47,394 bases of DNA from Octopus bimaculoides (lineage: Eukaryota), in NCBI RefSeq assembly GCF_001194135.2, contig NC_068990.1:8829676-8877069 (forward strand), read 5' to 3'. Position numbers and translations under genes: made by a program. Shown here in pieces: positions 11,040-23,749 of the stretch (the stretch's first letter is position 1; the number at the start of each line of letters is the position of its first letter). The notes under the pieces were generated by a model. The model made no database searches, had not been told where the DNA came from, and saw only the letters and a list, made by a program, of their open reading frames with translations.

Positions 11040-12240
11040 AATAGCAGGAAAAGTTACCCGTCACAGCGGAGGAAGCAGTAATATCAATTCATTAAAAAAA
11101 AATAACACATCTAAATAAAACTGATTTTAAAATCCTATGAGAAAAAAGCTATAGACAGCTCCAAGCTTAAACGCTTATAATTATAAAGTGGGAAAGAGAG
11201 AAAAGAATAATGTTGAAAACATTAATTTGAAAAGATGTTTTAAGAACAGCAGCAAAAATGCAAACAACATCATTCTATATTTTGCAAACGATCAAAGTTA
11301 AGAAGGCTGGTCTGTATGTAGAGACGCATTTGTTCCTTATGGAGCTAAAACTAAATACTATGAACAGGGTATTTCAGGATCACCTTGGTGGTATATACAC
11401 TAGATTCTTCATGATGGTTCAACCAGAGTTTACTCAGATTACCTCTCTTGATCACTGCCACTGTGCTGAAAAACCAGCCATATCTGATGATAGTTTGGAG
11501 AATTCCTCACTCTAATAGATGATGAATTTAGATAACGAAGTCAACTCAACTGTGATATTGACAAAGCCACATAACAGGGAACTGATGAACTAGCAAAGAT
11601 AACGGTCTATAAATATTTCGGGTGTAGCGCAGCGTAATGCATCTGGATTGTTACCGCTTAAAGAAGATCATAGCAAACAAGATTAATTGAGATTGCTCAA
11701 GAGATAGAAGAGCTATTGTACGTTTGTCACAAAAGACTGTGTCTACTTGTTCGTCAAATTCATTCCAGAAAGAACAAAGAGAGAGTCTCTGTTTTCTAAA
11801 AATGAAAACGACTTCCATATGTCCTGAAATGAAGATTTGGAGGGCATCCTAATCGATGTTGCAGGATATGTGTTGCATAGACCGGAACAACAAATATGGA
11901 AACATGTGCCTATAATCAAGTGTGAAGTTAGACAGAGTTGGTGCTTTGCAACCGGTTTGCAGGCGAATGGGTGCTCCAGTAAATGTATCTCAAGAATACG
12001 AAATATCAGTATGAAGGTTGCCATCACCTTTTCCAAATATGTACGAACATGCAGCGAGTGTAGAGGATTCCAGCATTATGTGATCGGACGTGGGCTGTAT
12101 GGACCTGTAAAAACTGATGACTTACTAACGGCTAAATGTCCAACCGTAAGCTGTCTCCCACTAAGGGAGCAAAATAATTTCAAGTGCAGGACAGGAGATC
12201 AATTTACCACATGCTTAGTAATAAAATCCACTTAAGGGTT
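11040..12240 (+). mobile_element. Possible highly decayed piggyBac (PGBD-like) transposon
   Basis: Collinear motif echoes: SVCRDAFVPYGAKTKYYEQGISGSP (~SIDESMVPY.G...KQFI.GKP), GSTRVYSDY (~G.HVYFDN), RRAIV, RFGGH..RCCRIC...KCEV (Cys-rich C-terminus). Many frameshifts; TIRs not confirmed. Confidence 0.45.
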
Positions 12241-12989
12241 TTCTGTCCATGAGAGGAAGAGAAAGTGCATGCATAACACGCTCTATATAGTTATTTAGGA
12301 CAGAAAAGAAATTCTCTGTATAACGGTTAGCTCCCTTGCAGATGCGAATATCTCTTGGAAACCTGAGATTTCTCTAACCCAATTATAAATTCAAATTTAC
12401 AATATAAAAATAATCAATGGTGCACTTCAATAAATTACTAAATATCCCAGTGACATTCTGAAAAGTTTATCTTCAACAAAGATAGAGCCCAGTTAGCATG
12501 CGCTTTGCAGAGAGATTCTGTAAGAAGAACACTAAAAGTATCCATACCTGAAAACGCGATTCACTGATTTTTTTGTCCAGATTGCGTTGTTCTTTACGTC
12601 TTACGTATGTGTGTATGTGTGTGTGCGTGCGAGTGAGCCCATAGGTGTCTGTTCAGAGGGGTGGGGTATAAAGCAAGTGAGAGGGAAATTTTTCTTTTTA
12701 GTCAACTTATTCATCCTCTTCCAATGATTATCGGAATTATAAGCTCGTCGCAATATAATTTATACCGTATTTGTTTTTTACTCTTTACATTCAGAGTTCA
12801 AATCCCGCCGTCGACTTTGCCGAAGTTGTTTTTATTGCTTCGGTAGCTCCTAGGCGTATTGTATTTGCCTTTTTATTGTTTGTTGATTAGAGTTATGTAT
12901 ATATGTTATCATGCCAGAAACTTATTCACCCTCATCACACGATGTTGTTTACAGTGTAGTTATTACTGTTGCTGCTGCTGCCGTTCTTG

Positions 12990-13088
12990 ATATTCTTTTC
13001 TAATCTAGGCACAAGGCCCGAAATTTTTGGGGAAGGGATCAGTCGATTAGATCAGTCGATTAGATCAGTCGATTAGATCAGTCGATTA
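12990..13088 (-). mobile_element. SINE family A 3' fragment with four copies of a 13-bp tandem
   Basis: TCTAGGCACAAGGCCCGAAATTTTTGGGG followed by (GATCAGTCGATTA)x4 at 13037-13088. Confidence 0.8.
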
Positions 13089-13100
13089 GGCGTGCTAACG

Positions 13101-13338
13101 TTCTTTATTTCTTTATTGCCCACAAGGAGCTAAACACAGAGGGGACGAACAAGGACAGACAAAGGGATTAAGTCGATTACATCGACCCCAGTGCGTAACT
13201 GGTACTTAATTTATCGACCCCGAAAGGGTGAAAGGCAAAGTCGACCTCGGCGGAATTTGAACTCAGAACGTAACGGTAGACAACATACCGCTAACCATTT
13301 CGTCCGGCGTGCTAACGATTCTGCCAGCTCGCCGCCTT
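13101..13338 (-). mobile_element. Full-length, low-divergence tRNA-derived SINE family A
   Basis: Minus strand AAGGCGGCGAGCTGGCAGAATCGTTAG (A box)...GAGTTCAAATTCC (B box)...GGGCAATAAAGAAATAAAGAA tail. Confidence 0.9.
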
Positions 13339-13343
13339 AAAAT

Positions 13344-13425
13344 ATTCTTTTCTACTCTAGGCACAAGGCCCGAAATTTTGGGGGAGGGGCCAGTCGATTA
13401 GATCGACCCCAGTATGCAACTGGTA
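13344..13425 (-). mobile_element. SINE family A 3' fragment
   Basis: Second copy of TCTAGGCACAAGGCCCGAAATTTTGGGG...GTCGATTAGATCGACCCCAGT. Confidence 0.8.
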
Positions 13426-14169
13426 TGCCGTTCCTGGTATTGCTCATGTTGTCGATGCTTCCATCGTTGTTGCGTTTAGTAATGACGTTGATGAAGATGA
13501 TTCTTTCGAACAACGTAGTAAGACCTTGATGGAAGCCACTCCATAATTAACTAACCTACAAAGAAAGTCACTCCCGATCCTTTTCGTATATATATATATA
13601 TTTTTATTTTAAACGAAATGTTGAATAATGTAGCCAGAAGTAAACTGTCAGAAAATACTGTATTATCATAGCTAGAACAGCTTTGGTGTTAGATCTAATA
13701 GATTAAAGCTAAGCAGGGTCTCGGCAGCAACAACAACAAAAATCAAAGATATCAACGCTAACAACATGATGTCTCTATGAAACATTGAGGCCTGACAAAC
13801 TTGAAATATTGTCATCTGTATGTTTTAATATCTTCCAATGATTCCATTGTTTACGTCAGTGTCTTTTATATTGCTCTCTATTCCCGTGTCACCGTCAAGT
13901 TTCTTTATTTTTTTGTTTCCTTTCTTTGTTTTTTTTGGGAGCTGTTTCCATTCTTAAGTAGAAACTCCTTCCATCTGAGTGGTTTTGTTGTACTTTTTTT
14001 TTAATAGAGTTGTTGTTGTTGTTGATGCTGAAGATGGTATTCGGTCGCTCGTTGCTGTTGCTGTTGCTGTTGCTGTCGTTTTTGTTGCTACATTTGTTGT
14101 TGCCGGAAGTTGTTGCTATTGCAGTCGCTGTTATTAATATCATTGTTTTTACAGTTCTTGTCGTTGCCC

Positions 14170-14190
14170 CGTTGTTGTTGTTGTTGTTGG

Positions 14191-14227
<37 letters not shown>

Positions 14228-14296
14228 GCTACTGATGATGATGATGAGGATGATGATGATGATGATGATGACGACGACGACGACGACGACGACGAC

Positions 14297-14344
<48 letters not shown>

Positions 14345-14406
14345 AGTAGATGATGAGGATGATGATGATGACGATGATGATGATGACGACGACGATGATG
14401 ATGATA

Positions 14407-14439
<33 letters not shown>

Positions 14440-14632
14440 AGATNNNNNNNNNNNNNNNNNNNNNNNNNNNNNNNNNNNNNNNNNNNNNNNNNNNNNNNNN
14501 NNNNNNNNNNNNNNNNNNNNNNNNNNNNNNNNNNNNNNNNNNNNNNNNNNNNNNNNNNNNNNNNNNNNNNNNNNNNNNNNNNNNNNNNNNNNNGGCGGTG
14601 GTGGTGGTGGTGGTGGTGGTGGTGGTGGTGGT
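14170..14632. repeat. Compound microsatellite (TTG)(ATG)(ACG)(ATG)-gap-(GGT)
   Basis: Direct reading; N gap at 14444-14593. Confidence 0.95.
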
Positions 14633-15167
14633 GACATCTTTGTTATTGCTGCTGCCGGCATTGTTGTTCGTACTTTTGTAGTTGTTTTTGAAAACCTTGT
14701 CTAATACATTTACTTTGTTGCAGCAGAACATTTGTGTAGGTATGCCACAGCGACACAGACATACACACTCATGCACACACACACACACTCATGCACACAC
14801 ACACACACAAATGGACGGAGGTTAACTGTGTGGGTGTGCTTAATATTTCGCAGCAATATCAATATTCCAGTGTAGAGTTTGTATATGTGCCTCTTGTACT
14901 AACGTAATATATGTGTTTATTATGTATGCATGAGACAAACAGACAGACAGACAGTGTGTGTGTGTGTTTATAGTCAAAGTAACTCAAATGGATGCGGAGT
15001 GGACGAAATGACATGCAGTTTTAGTTTCTACATTTTAAAAAGTGAGTTGTGATCCCGACAAGATCAAGTTTGCTTTCCCCTTTTCATAAGTCAAAACAAT
15101 ATGTATCAGTCAAACAGTAGTGTAGATATAATCTATTTTGATATTGTACCAGGTAGCATTGGGGTAG

Positions 15168-15198
<31 letters not shown>

Positions 15199-15224
15199 AA
15201 TAATAATAATAATAATAATAATAA

Positions 15225-15891
15225 TCAGAAACAAAAGGGTTTATCATAGCAGCCCAACTTCAAAGCCTACTTACATGAAACTACCAAGTCAACACATTAA
15301 GGGACGACAGCTGTCCAACATGTCGTATATGCCAACAACAAAATGTGACCATCGATCATGTTGTTTCCATGTGCAGTCTTCTTGCACCTACAGAGTATCC
15401 TAACAGGCATGATAGTGCTGCACAATATATTCACTGGGTAATTTGCAAAAACCTGGATCTGCCCCATGATAAAAATTGGTGGGAACACAAACCACCTCCG
15501 GTGCTTGAAAATTATCACATCTCACTCCTCTGGAACTTCACCATTCAAACTGACAGAAAGATACATGCAAATAGGCAAGACATTATATTGAAAGACTTCA
15601 GACAAAAATCATGCTTCCTCATTGATATGACTGTCCCAATCGATATAAATGCATCTGTTAAGACCTACCAAAAACTGAGCAAGTATAAAGATCTTGAAAT
15701 ATAAATTAGCAAAATGTGGGACCTCAAGACTAAAACAATACATGCTGTCATAGGTGCCCTAGCAAAAAATCATAGCAAAAGGGGCTGATAACTACCTAGA
15801 TAAGATACCAGGAAACCCGAAAATGGCAGAAATTCAAAAGTTAGTGCTCATGGGAACTGCCCATATCGTACGTAAAATACTATCAATGTAA
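15225..15891 (+). mobile_element. R4/Dong-clade LINE fragment: CCHC knuckle plus restriction-like endonuclease (pseudogenic)
   Basis: ETKGFIIAAQ..CPTCRICQQQNVTIDHVVSMC (CCHC), RHD, LLWNFTIQTDRKIHANRQDII (PD mutated to QD), FLIDMTVP, KLSKYKDLEI, VIGAL, MGTAHIVRKILSM*. It has in-frame stops and starts right after (CAA)n(TAA)n. Confidence 0.92.
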
Positions 15892-16234
15892 TCTCAAATG
15901 TAATCGCAAATTTTAATCGAAAATTATCCAGAAAAACTTTCAATAATTAATAATATCGAAAGGAAATAGAAATATTAGAAATTTCTACTACCAGTGGCCT
16001 AGCGTGTAAAAATTTAGTTCATAGACTATATATTATTCATATAAATACAGTGTACATTTAAACACATAAGAGGTAAATCATCATAGGATTCGCTCATGCT
16101 AGAAGGAACAGCTAAGTTCCAAATCACTATTAGGGATAAAATTTCGAAAGGAATGAAAAATAAAAACATTTACCATCTAGTTTCCTGGACCATTGGTTTC
16201 TGATTTATTTAACAAATAAAATAATTTGCTAGAT

Positions 16235-16520
16235 GAAATCTAGAAATCCTATGATGGAAAGTAATGGTGATACCGGTGGTAATTGGAGCATTAGAAGCAG
16301 TTTCCAAGAGCTTTGAAAAACATATTGAGAATATAGGAGCTGTTCTCAGTCTCGAAGTGATCCAGGAGACAGCATTGCTGGGTATAGTTCGCATTCTAAA
16401 GAGAGTATTGTCTCTTTGAGTCACAGAGGGAAGGCACTACTTGAAACCTTTGGTGATTTGTTATTGTCTGCTTTCAAGTAAAGAACAACCGGTAATTAAG
16501 AGCTATCCGAGATCTTTCAG
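16235..16520 (+). mobile_element. R4/Dong-like LINE 3' end
   Basis: KVMVIPVVIGALEAVSKSFEKHIENIGAVLSLEVIQETALLGIVRILKRVLSL* with the stop at 16417-16419, then a UTR and (TAA)n from 16523. Confidence 0.85.
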
Positions 16521-16522
16521 AA

Positions 16523-16524
16523 TG

Positions 16525-16616
<92 letters not shown>

Positions 16617-16930
16617 AAGAAGAAGAAGAAGAAGAAGAAGAAGAAGAAGAAGNNNNNNNNNNNNNNNNNNNNNNNNNNNNNNNNNNNNNNNNNNNNNNNN
16701 NNNNNNNNNNNNNNNNNNNNNNNNNNNNNNNNNNNNNNNNNNNNNNNNNNNNNNNNNNNNNNNNNNNNNNNNNNNNNNNNNNNNNNNNNNNNNNNNNNNN
16801 NNNNNNNNNNNNNNNNNNNNNNNNNNNNNNNNNNNGGAGGAGGAGGAGAGGAGGAGGAGGAGGAGGAGGAGGAGGAAAGTTGCCGACGACGATGATAACG
16901 ATGATGACGATGATGTTCATGATCATAATC
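16523..16930. repeat. Compound (TAA)(GAA)-gap-(GGA)(GAT) microsatellite
   Basis: Direct reading; N gap at 16653-16835. Confidence 0.93.
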
Positions 16931-16964
16931 ATGATGGAAAGTGGAGGAGGAGGAAATACAATTC

Positions 16965-17612
16965 TCAATTTTCACCACTTCTTTGGTATCTGTTCTTCAT
17001 TTGAGACTGCAAAGTAAATGATCTTCCAATATTTGCGCTTTCTAACTGCAGGATCATATCTCATCTCCACACTCCACTACTATGTTTACTCTCAATGGAG
17101 AAATCTTATTAAATTTTGTAATTATCATTCACCAACGGTCGTGATCACACCAATTGTCTGCCGCTTGAAATTCCAAATTTGACTAATGTCCCAATGCCGG
17201 CTTTTGCCGATAGAGTTAGGCGTATTCTGATACTGTTTTTGAGCTAGCAAGCTGCATTCGCTTAATAGACGAACATTGTTTTCTTCCACTTTTCTATGTA
17301 TTCTGTATTTGTTGTCTGACTGGGTTTTTATCAATCTTTCAATCTTTGTCCTAATCAAAATTCTTTTTAGTAGCATGTTACTGGGCACCAGTAATTAATC
17401 ATTCCGTTTTCTCCGTTCAGGTTTTCATCTCCCTGGCACAGCCAGCATCTTTTACTTCCAGCTTCCTAAGTTTGTAGCATGAATTAGCCAAGTAATTATT
17501 TTTCTTTCCAGTTATTTGCTCTGTCATTCTTCTTTCAATTGTTGAAATCTTTCAGTTTCGTTAGCTTCTCCGATATGTCTAGCCGCAGATAACAGTCTTT
17601 TTTCATTGTGCA
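16965..17612 (-). mobile_element. Decayed R4/Dong-like LINE, post-RT to RLE region
   Basis: Minus-strand pieces HNEKRLLSAAR, NNWKEK*LLG*F (~WKEKPLHGQF), KTQSDNKYRIHRKVEEN.RLLSECSLLAQKQY (decayed CCHC), HWDI, DMI and KIIYFAVS. Confidence 0.75.
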
Positions 17613-18039
17613 CAGAATAGTGTTTTCAAACCTGAAATGGCAACTTCTATGCATAATAAATCGGAAACTCCGAACAAAGACTTATAGATAACAAAAATAG
17701 TCAAATAGTGAGAAAACAATGAATATCTCGGTGGGAGCTGGACGATAAATAACAAATAGCAGAAAGATCAATGAATCATCTGAAGGAAATAAGATTTACT
17801 TCATACAAGGTGGAGACATTACAGAAGACAGAAACTTGCTTCAACGTTTGAATGAGACAAAAAATTGAGATAGAACGAGATTTTCATGGGAAGTGGAAGT
17901 GAAAATCTTCGAGAAGCAGTTAACAAGTTGAATAAACTATTAACAAAAATCAAAGTTGACAATATAACCAGTGTAATTGACCTAACATACTAAGGGGCTT
18001 CTGTTGTTGTAAAGATTCGTGTAGTTAAAAGTAGAGCAG

Positions 18040-18860
18040 AAAAGTGCGGTGAAAGAAAACATCAGTATCATCTTCAAAGAAAATATGACATCAGACACAG
18101 AAGGTTAAAGGCTGTCTAAGAAGAGATAAGAAAAATATTCAAACAAATTTGTATAAAAACATTAGATAACACCATAGAATAAATCAGTGTCAACATAACA
18201 AGGCTGTTGAGAAACAATGAAAGAAAATTTTACCAACAACTGAACGATGAGAATGGTCATCAAAGGAATAAAATGGTGGAGCAGCAAGAGACTTTTGATC
18301 TGATATTTGGCGACAGGAGGTTCAAAACAACGGTGAAGTAGATTTGGTTTCGGAAAATTTTAAAGCAAAATGGAAGATGGGCAACGGCAATATAATATTC
18401 AAGAGATCCAAGGCGGAAAGCTGACATAATTGTTACCGTGTCGGAAGAAATGCTTAGAGGCATTTCTTCCGTCTTAGAGATAATAATCAGTTCATCATAT
18501 GTGTGTCAGTGTGTCCGCGTGTATGGATACCTTCAAATGCCTTACAAATGAAACGATAATTCTTCTTATTTAAACGGTACAGATATTAATATGCAATTTT
18601 GCAATTTGAGTGAATAAGTGAGTAGTGTTGGTGATGTGAAGGTCGAAAAATCATATCTAATAAAGAACATGATATCTTTAGAGCTTTAAAGGACAATAAG
18701 GCTTATAAGTAACTAGGGATGCGGTAGAATGACAAAACATTAGAAAGACAAATGAAGAAGTTTCCGAAGGATACAAGATAATGGTTTGGAAGACACTTGA
18801 AATGAGACTAAAGACAGAATTGCATGAAATACCTAGAAAAGTTAAGTAGTTGTACACAAT
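18040..18860 (+). mobile_element. Decayed R4/Dong-like pre-RT and RT-thumb pieces
   Basis: LLRNNERKFYQQL and F*SDIW (pre-RT) at about 18200-18310; KAYK*LG (~YKYLG) and MKK at about 18700-18770. The RT core is not seen between them. Confidence 0.55.
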
Positions 18861-19149
18861 GTTACTGCACTCCACACAAAATATTAACGACAGTTAACTT
18901 TATCAAAGATGTGAAATTATCAGTGGCTCACTAAACGTAGAAAACATCATAAACATCATCATTATTCATCATCATCAACACCATCGTCGTCATCATCATC
19001 ATCATCATCATCATCATTCATCAACATTTCTCGTCATCATTCATCATCATTATAATCATATCTTCATTATGACCACCATCGTCCACATTATAAGGAAATG
19101 TAAACTGATAGGTTTACAGAATTGTTTAACTCTGGACTAAATACTCAAG

Positions 19150-19430
19150 ACTATTTAGTTACCTTTCTTTATCTTCTGAATTGATATACAACCGAGATCT
19201 ATTTCGGGTTTGGTTAAATAATCAGCACTAGTTTGTTCGCGTTGACAATACAATTTACATGAGAAGTATTTTCGTGGTGTCTAGTCAAACAAAACATCAA
19301 TATTGTCAAGCTTCAAGTATTGTATTGGTTCATTGTCTCAAAACCTCATTATATTGCAATATCCCAGTCTATTCACATAAACTGGTTTTGTTTGTCACTT
19401 AATAGTTTAAACTTTCCAGTTGCCAATACT
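19150..19430 (-). mobile_element. Very decayed R4-like RLE fragment
   Basis: Weak echoes of (H)WDI, TKIL and ANK in broken frames. Confidence 0.3.
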
Positions 19431-19869
19431 CTGCAGTAAAAAAAAAACAACAAAAAAACAAATCGTTCTAGACTCTGCTGCTGCTACTATTGCTGCTGCT
19501 ACTATTGCTGCTGCTGCAATTTCTGCAGCAGCTGCTTCTGTATCTGTTGCTATTGTTAAGGCGAAGATTCTTAAGAGAAGCAGAACAGTGATGAAAAAAG
19601 ACAAAACAATATATGAGAAAAGAAACAGCTTGCTGCTCAGTAAACAATAATTACAACAATTCTACAAACAGGAGCAACAACAGCTTAAGCACACGGCTAA
19701 TACTACTGATAATGATAAGCGTTTTTATTTTATTCGGTTCAAGGACTAACACGATGACAAATTACAAAAAGATGGGCGCTTACAACAAGTATGAAAAATG
19801 AACGTGAGAAAACAAGAATTCTTTTTTTGTTTTGGAGTTTGTACTCGAAGTATATTTGAAGCTATAAAT

Positions 19870-20106
19870 ATTGGTTCAAAGTTTGGCACAAAGCCAGCAA
19901 TTTGCCACAAAGCCAGCAATTTGGCACAAAGTCAGCAATTTGGCACAAAGCCAGCAATTTGGCACAAAGCCAGGTAAGGGGTAAGTCGATTACACCCACC
20001 CCAGTATTGAAAGGGTGCTTATTTTATTGACCACGATTAAAGGCAGCTCAACTTTGGCGGAATTTTAACTGGCTCTCTGTACTAACGATTCTTTCTGCTA
20101 GCTCGC
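19870..20106 (-). mobile_element. Diverged SINE family A carrying a 19-bp tandem expansion
   Basis: GTAAGTCGATTACA..CCCCAGTA...GGCGGAATTT...CTAACGATTCT...AGCTCGCC; unit TTTGGCACAAAGCCAGCAA at 19882-19973. Confidence 0.75.
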
Positions 20107-22559
20107 CTCATTATATAAAGCTATAAATGTTGACATGTAAATATTGAGTTGAAAGAGCCCTTTGGGTAGGAAAATCGACGGCTGCCCATGGCACACGAAC
20201 CCACCTCTCCTATAGATATGACATGACCAAGCTTTGAATTTTTCTAGCCAAAACGATTTTTCAGCCTGATATTTACGTGATATATCATATATAGCTTTAT
20301 ATATACTTCGAAATCCAATTTCAAAAATAAATTATTTCACGTTCTCTCGAAAGTTTACAAACGCTTGTGACGTTAACAACAATAAAAACAGATATACTGT
20401 AACATGAAATCAGTTCCAATAAGAGAACATCAGCCTAGGGTCAATCAAGAGCTCAGCTTCCCACCCCCATGACTCTGGATTCCACTGAAGGATGCAATGT
20501 GTATAGCTATGATTATAGTAACAAATGTTCATTAAAACTATATAATATATTTAGAATAAACATGCTTTATTTTAGTCTATTTTTCCACTTGTCGGTCTGA
20601 ATTTGAATTTTTCTATTGCATTGAAACCCCTGAAGAACTCTGCGCAGAGGAATATCCTTGTTATGGCTATGGAATATTTATTCACATTAATAATATTCTC
20701 ATAGTATCGCTTTGAATTTGAATTCTGAATATTTCGTAGAATCAAATATTTTCCAGAGAAAAATACATACATGCAGTTAGAGTTTCTGAGATGAAACGAT
20801 TCAGTTGATCTCGGTAGATTTTGATAATTTTAACTGCAGGTAATTCCAGCATCATATACAAAACCAGTTATACATTCCCAGTGAACTCTCTGTGCTTCTT
20901 TCCAACAATAATGTGTGTCCGCATAATTTTTGCAGCACATTCTCGTTACGAACACAAATACATGTCCAAGGAGCGGCGTATAGAATATATATTTTATTTC
21001 AATATACAAATATCTTCTTTTATTTTTCAAAAGCCATGGTTTTAGGACATTTTTTTCATATAGATTATATATTATAATACATATAATGTATATAGCATAC
21101 ATATACTGACATATACATACATATACTTATATATACATGTATGTGTATGTGTGCGTGTGTGTGTGTATGGTGTATGTATGTGTGCGCATACATACATACT
21201 TACATACATACACACATGTCTGTATATATAATGAATAGTAGCACATGATTAGGTATGCAACTAATAATAATAGTAATCAATACAGTATATTAGAGTAGAA
21301 TAATATTTCGAAGCTTCATTTCTCATGGCTGGTGTTCCTGCTTCACCGGAGAACGCGCAATGCCTTCTACATATTTTATAATTAAAATGAAGGCAAGTCA
21401 CATGCAAAGCGGAAGAAAGATTAAACCATGCCTAAAGCCAAAACATCATGTATTGGAAATAAATACAAATGATATATTTTTAAAATATACACTTACGAAA
21501 ACTATAAAAGCAAATGTTTGATATAAAGGAATTCAAAGTAAATCCTCATAAATTAAGTGCAGAGTTATGGTTGCAATAATTTTGATTAAGTCAGCTTTCT
21601 AGATAGATACCAAAGAATTGTGAACACTCATATTGTAACCATGGAGCTAGTTACGGGATGAAAACAGACCTTGGAGACACTATTCTCTAATAACAGTGAA
21701 AATATTGCTTAAATGCAGTTTAGCACTTTTCGGATACGCATTTATAATTGTTTTAGGTAAATGAAATGTTTTTGTTTTTTGTTGGGCAGATAGGGATTCA
21801 TGATGAATGCGACTAGTGAACTTTAGGGTCATAGATAGAGACACTAGTGCATACAAATATATAAATATATGCGTGTGTGTATGCATGTATGTATGTATGC
21901 ATGCATGTGTGTATGTATTTACGTAAATATGAATGTGTGTGAAGACATATATATACATATATATACATATATATACATATATACACATATACAGACCTAC
22001 GCACACACACATGCACGCACATAACAGCATATTCTCACATATAATGCATTAACTTCTGAATAATAGCAATATTTTATCAAAGCTGGTATGATGATAGGCA
22101 AACTTCTACCCGACAAAAAAGTAAAAATGTTTCATTTATCTAAAATAATATTAGTATCTGTCCGAAAGGTGCTAAACTGAATTTAAACAATATTTTCACT
22201 ACATACGTTTAATATCCCCAACTATGTCCCTTTTCTTTATACTTAGAGTATGTTAAAGTACAAATATTTTATATATATACACCTTGCTTTAACAAATATT
22301 ATTAGACAATATTATGAGACAACAGAGTATCCATCATTGGTGATATGTAGGCACAATATTCGACATACCTCAGTTTACATAAGGACTCGGTAAAACCCTG
22401 GAACTTGTGAGGAATGGTTACCTACAACAGACTGTTGTCCAAATCTGTGCTTCCTTCTGAGGCACGGGTCTGTTGGATCTCAAGCATTATTAAATAGATT
22501 GACTTTATGCAAACAGAAAACCACTGAAAATATATCGTTGTACTCACTCTCAATATGAA

Positions 22560-23100
22560 ACTAAGATAAAGAGATAAAGAAAACAAACAGAAAACGTTTC
22601 TGTAAGGAGAACATAGAAAAAGAAATTAATCTAAGAAGACGTGACATATCGAGAATAAGTGACATTCAAAATATAACATCCTAAATAGCACCTCGAAAAG
22701 ATACTTTAAAATATAAGATTATGTGCCAGAACAAGTAACTAATAAATAACCAGAGGACATCCTTAGATAATTAGAAACATCTAACAAGACATCTAAAATT
22801 AGTATCGACAAGATGGAGTTTTAAAAATAGTGCTGCTTCTATTCGTTTTGGAAAGACGAAACAAAATCCTTAGTAAAAGAAGTAATCCTATTAACAGTAA
22901 ATAACTGCATACACATACGACCTCACAAACACACCAGAAGGATCAGCGTAGCAATGGCCCATGAAAGAGAAGAAGTAACACAAATAGAATTCCAAAGAAA
23001 AATATCAGTGAACTAAACAAAAAAAGAATCGATCATCTATTGAAATGTTAACAATAAATGAGGTAAAATAATAGGGAAAAACAGTAGAGCATCAAGAAAG
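22560..23100 (+). mobile_element. Probable R4/Dong-like pre-RT fragment
   Basis: IEKEINLRRRDISRISDI and YRQDGVLK resemble the region upstream of the R4 RT; frameshifted. Confidence 0.4.
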
Positions 23101-23672
23101 GAATAAAGAGTTATTCTGACATAACACAAGGTCATTTCCTCGTCAGTAAAGATATAATCAATTAAATTGATCTCATTGTATGTTACTGATGTGTATTTTA
23201 TTGAGTGAGAATATTTAATGCTGGGTTCCGACAAAGTTGGCCTCAGCAATCCTTTCTAAAATTTCTAGCAGTATGAAACCGTATTTCTCTCAGAGCCTTC
23301 ATTATAAAGCATTTAATCTTCTTGGATTAAACCTCATGTTTCGTTCCAAGAATATCAAAAAGTATAATCTGTGGCAGGCAATAACTGCGTCGGCAGCTAC
23401 AATCTGTGTAACAAATAGAAGAAAAGATTAATTAAGAAACAAAAATTTGTAAGGCCTGGATAAAGTACTCAACATCAACTGAGAACTTGATCCCGTGTTA
23501 CAAATCGATATGAACACAATATCTCAATGCTCTTGTGAGTCGTTTAAATATTCACTGGTCTTATCCTGGGAGTCAGAAAACTTTTACCAAATTAATCACC
23601 CAAAACTAATTATAAATATGAATATACTAAACACACACATACACATATACATACATATTCACACATACATAC

Positions 23673-23707
<35 letters not shown>

Positions 23708-23749
23708 AAACAGATAAATAAGTAACACTTGAAGGACAGGTGTCAAATC

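Noticed and set aside
11837-12235. 132-aa Cys-rich ORF as a host gene
   Set aside because: It is better explained as a frameshifted piggyBac-like C-terminus.
13037-13088. Short direct repeats here and at 7692 and 19882 as a CRISPR-like array
   Set aside because: The units are head-to-tail with no unique spacers, and the context is eukaryotic.
13895-14788. 297-aa minus ORF and overlapping poly-amino-acid ORFs
   Set aside because: They consist of trinucleotide repeats plus an N gap.
20628-20670. CTGAAGA-A-CTCTG-CG-CAGAG-GAAT as a hammerhead
   Set aside because: It has GAAT instead of GAAA and no convincing stems I or III.
23320-23415. Minus-strand exon candidate after TTACACAG
   Set aside because: The donor is weak, the peptides are unrecognisable and the site lies among TE debris.
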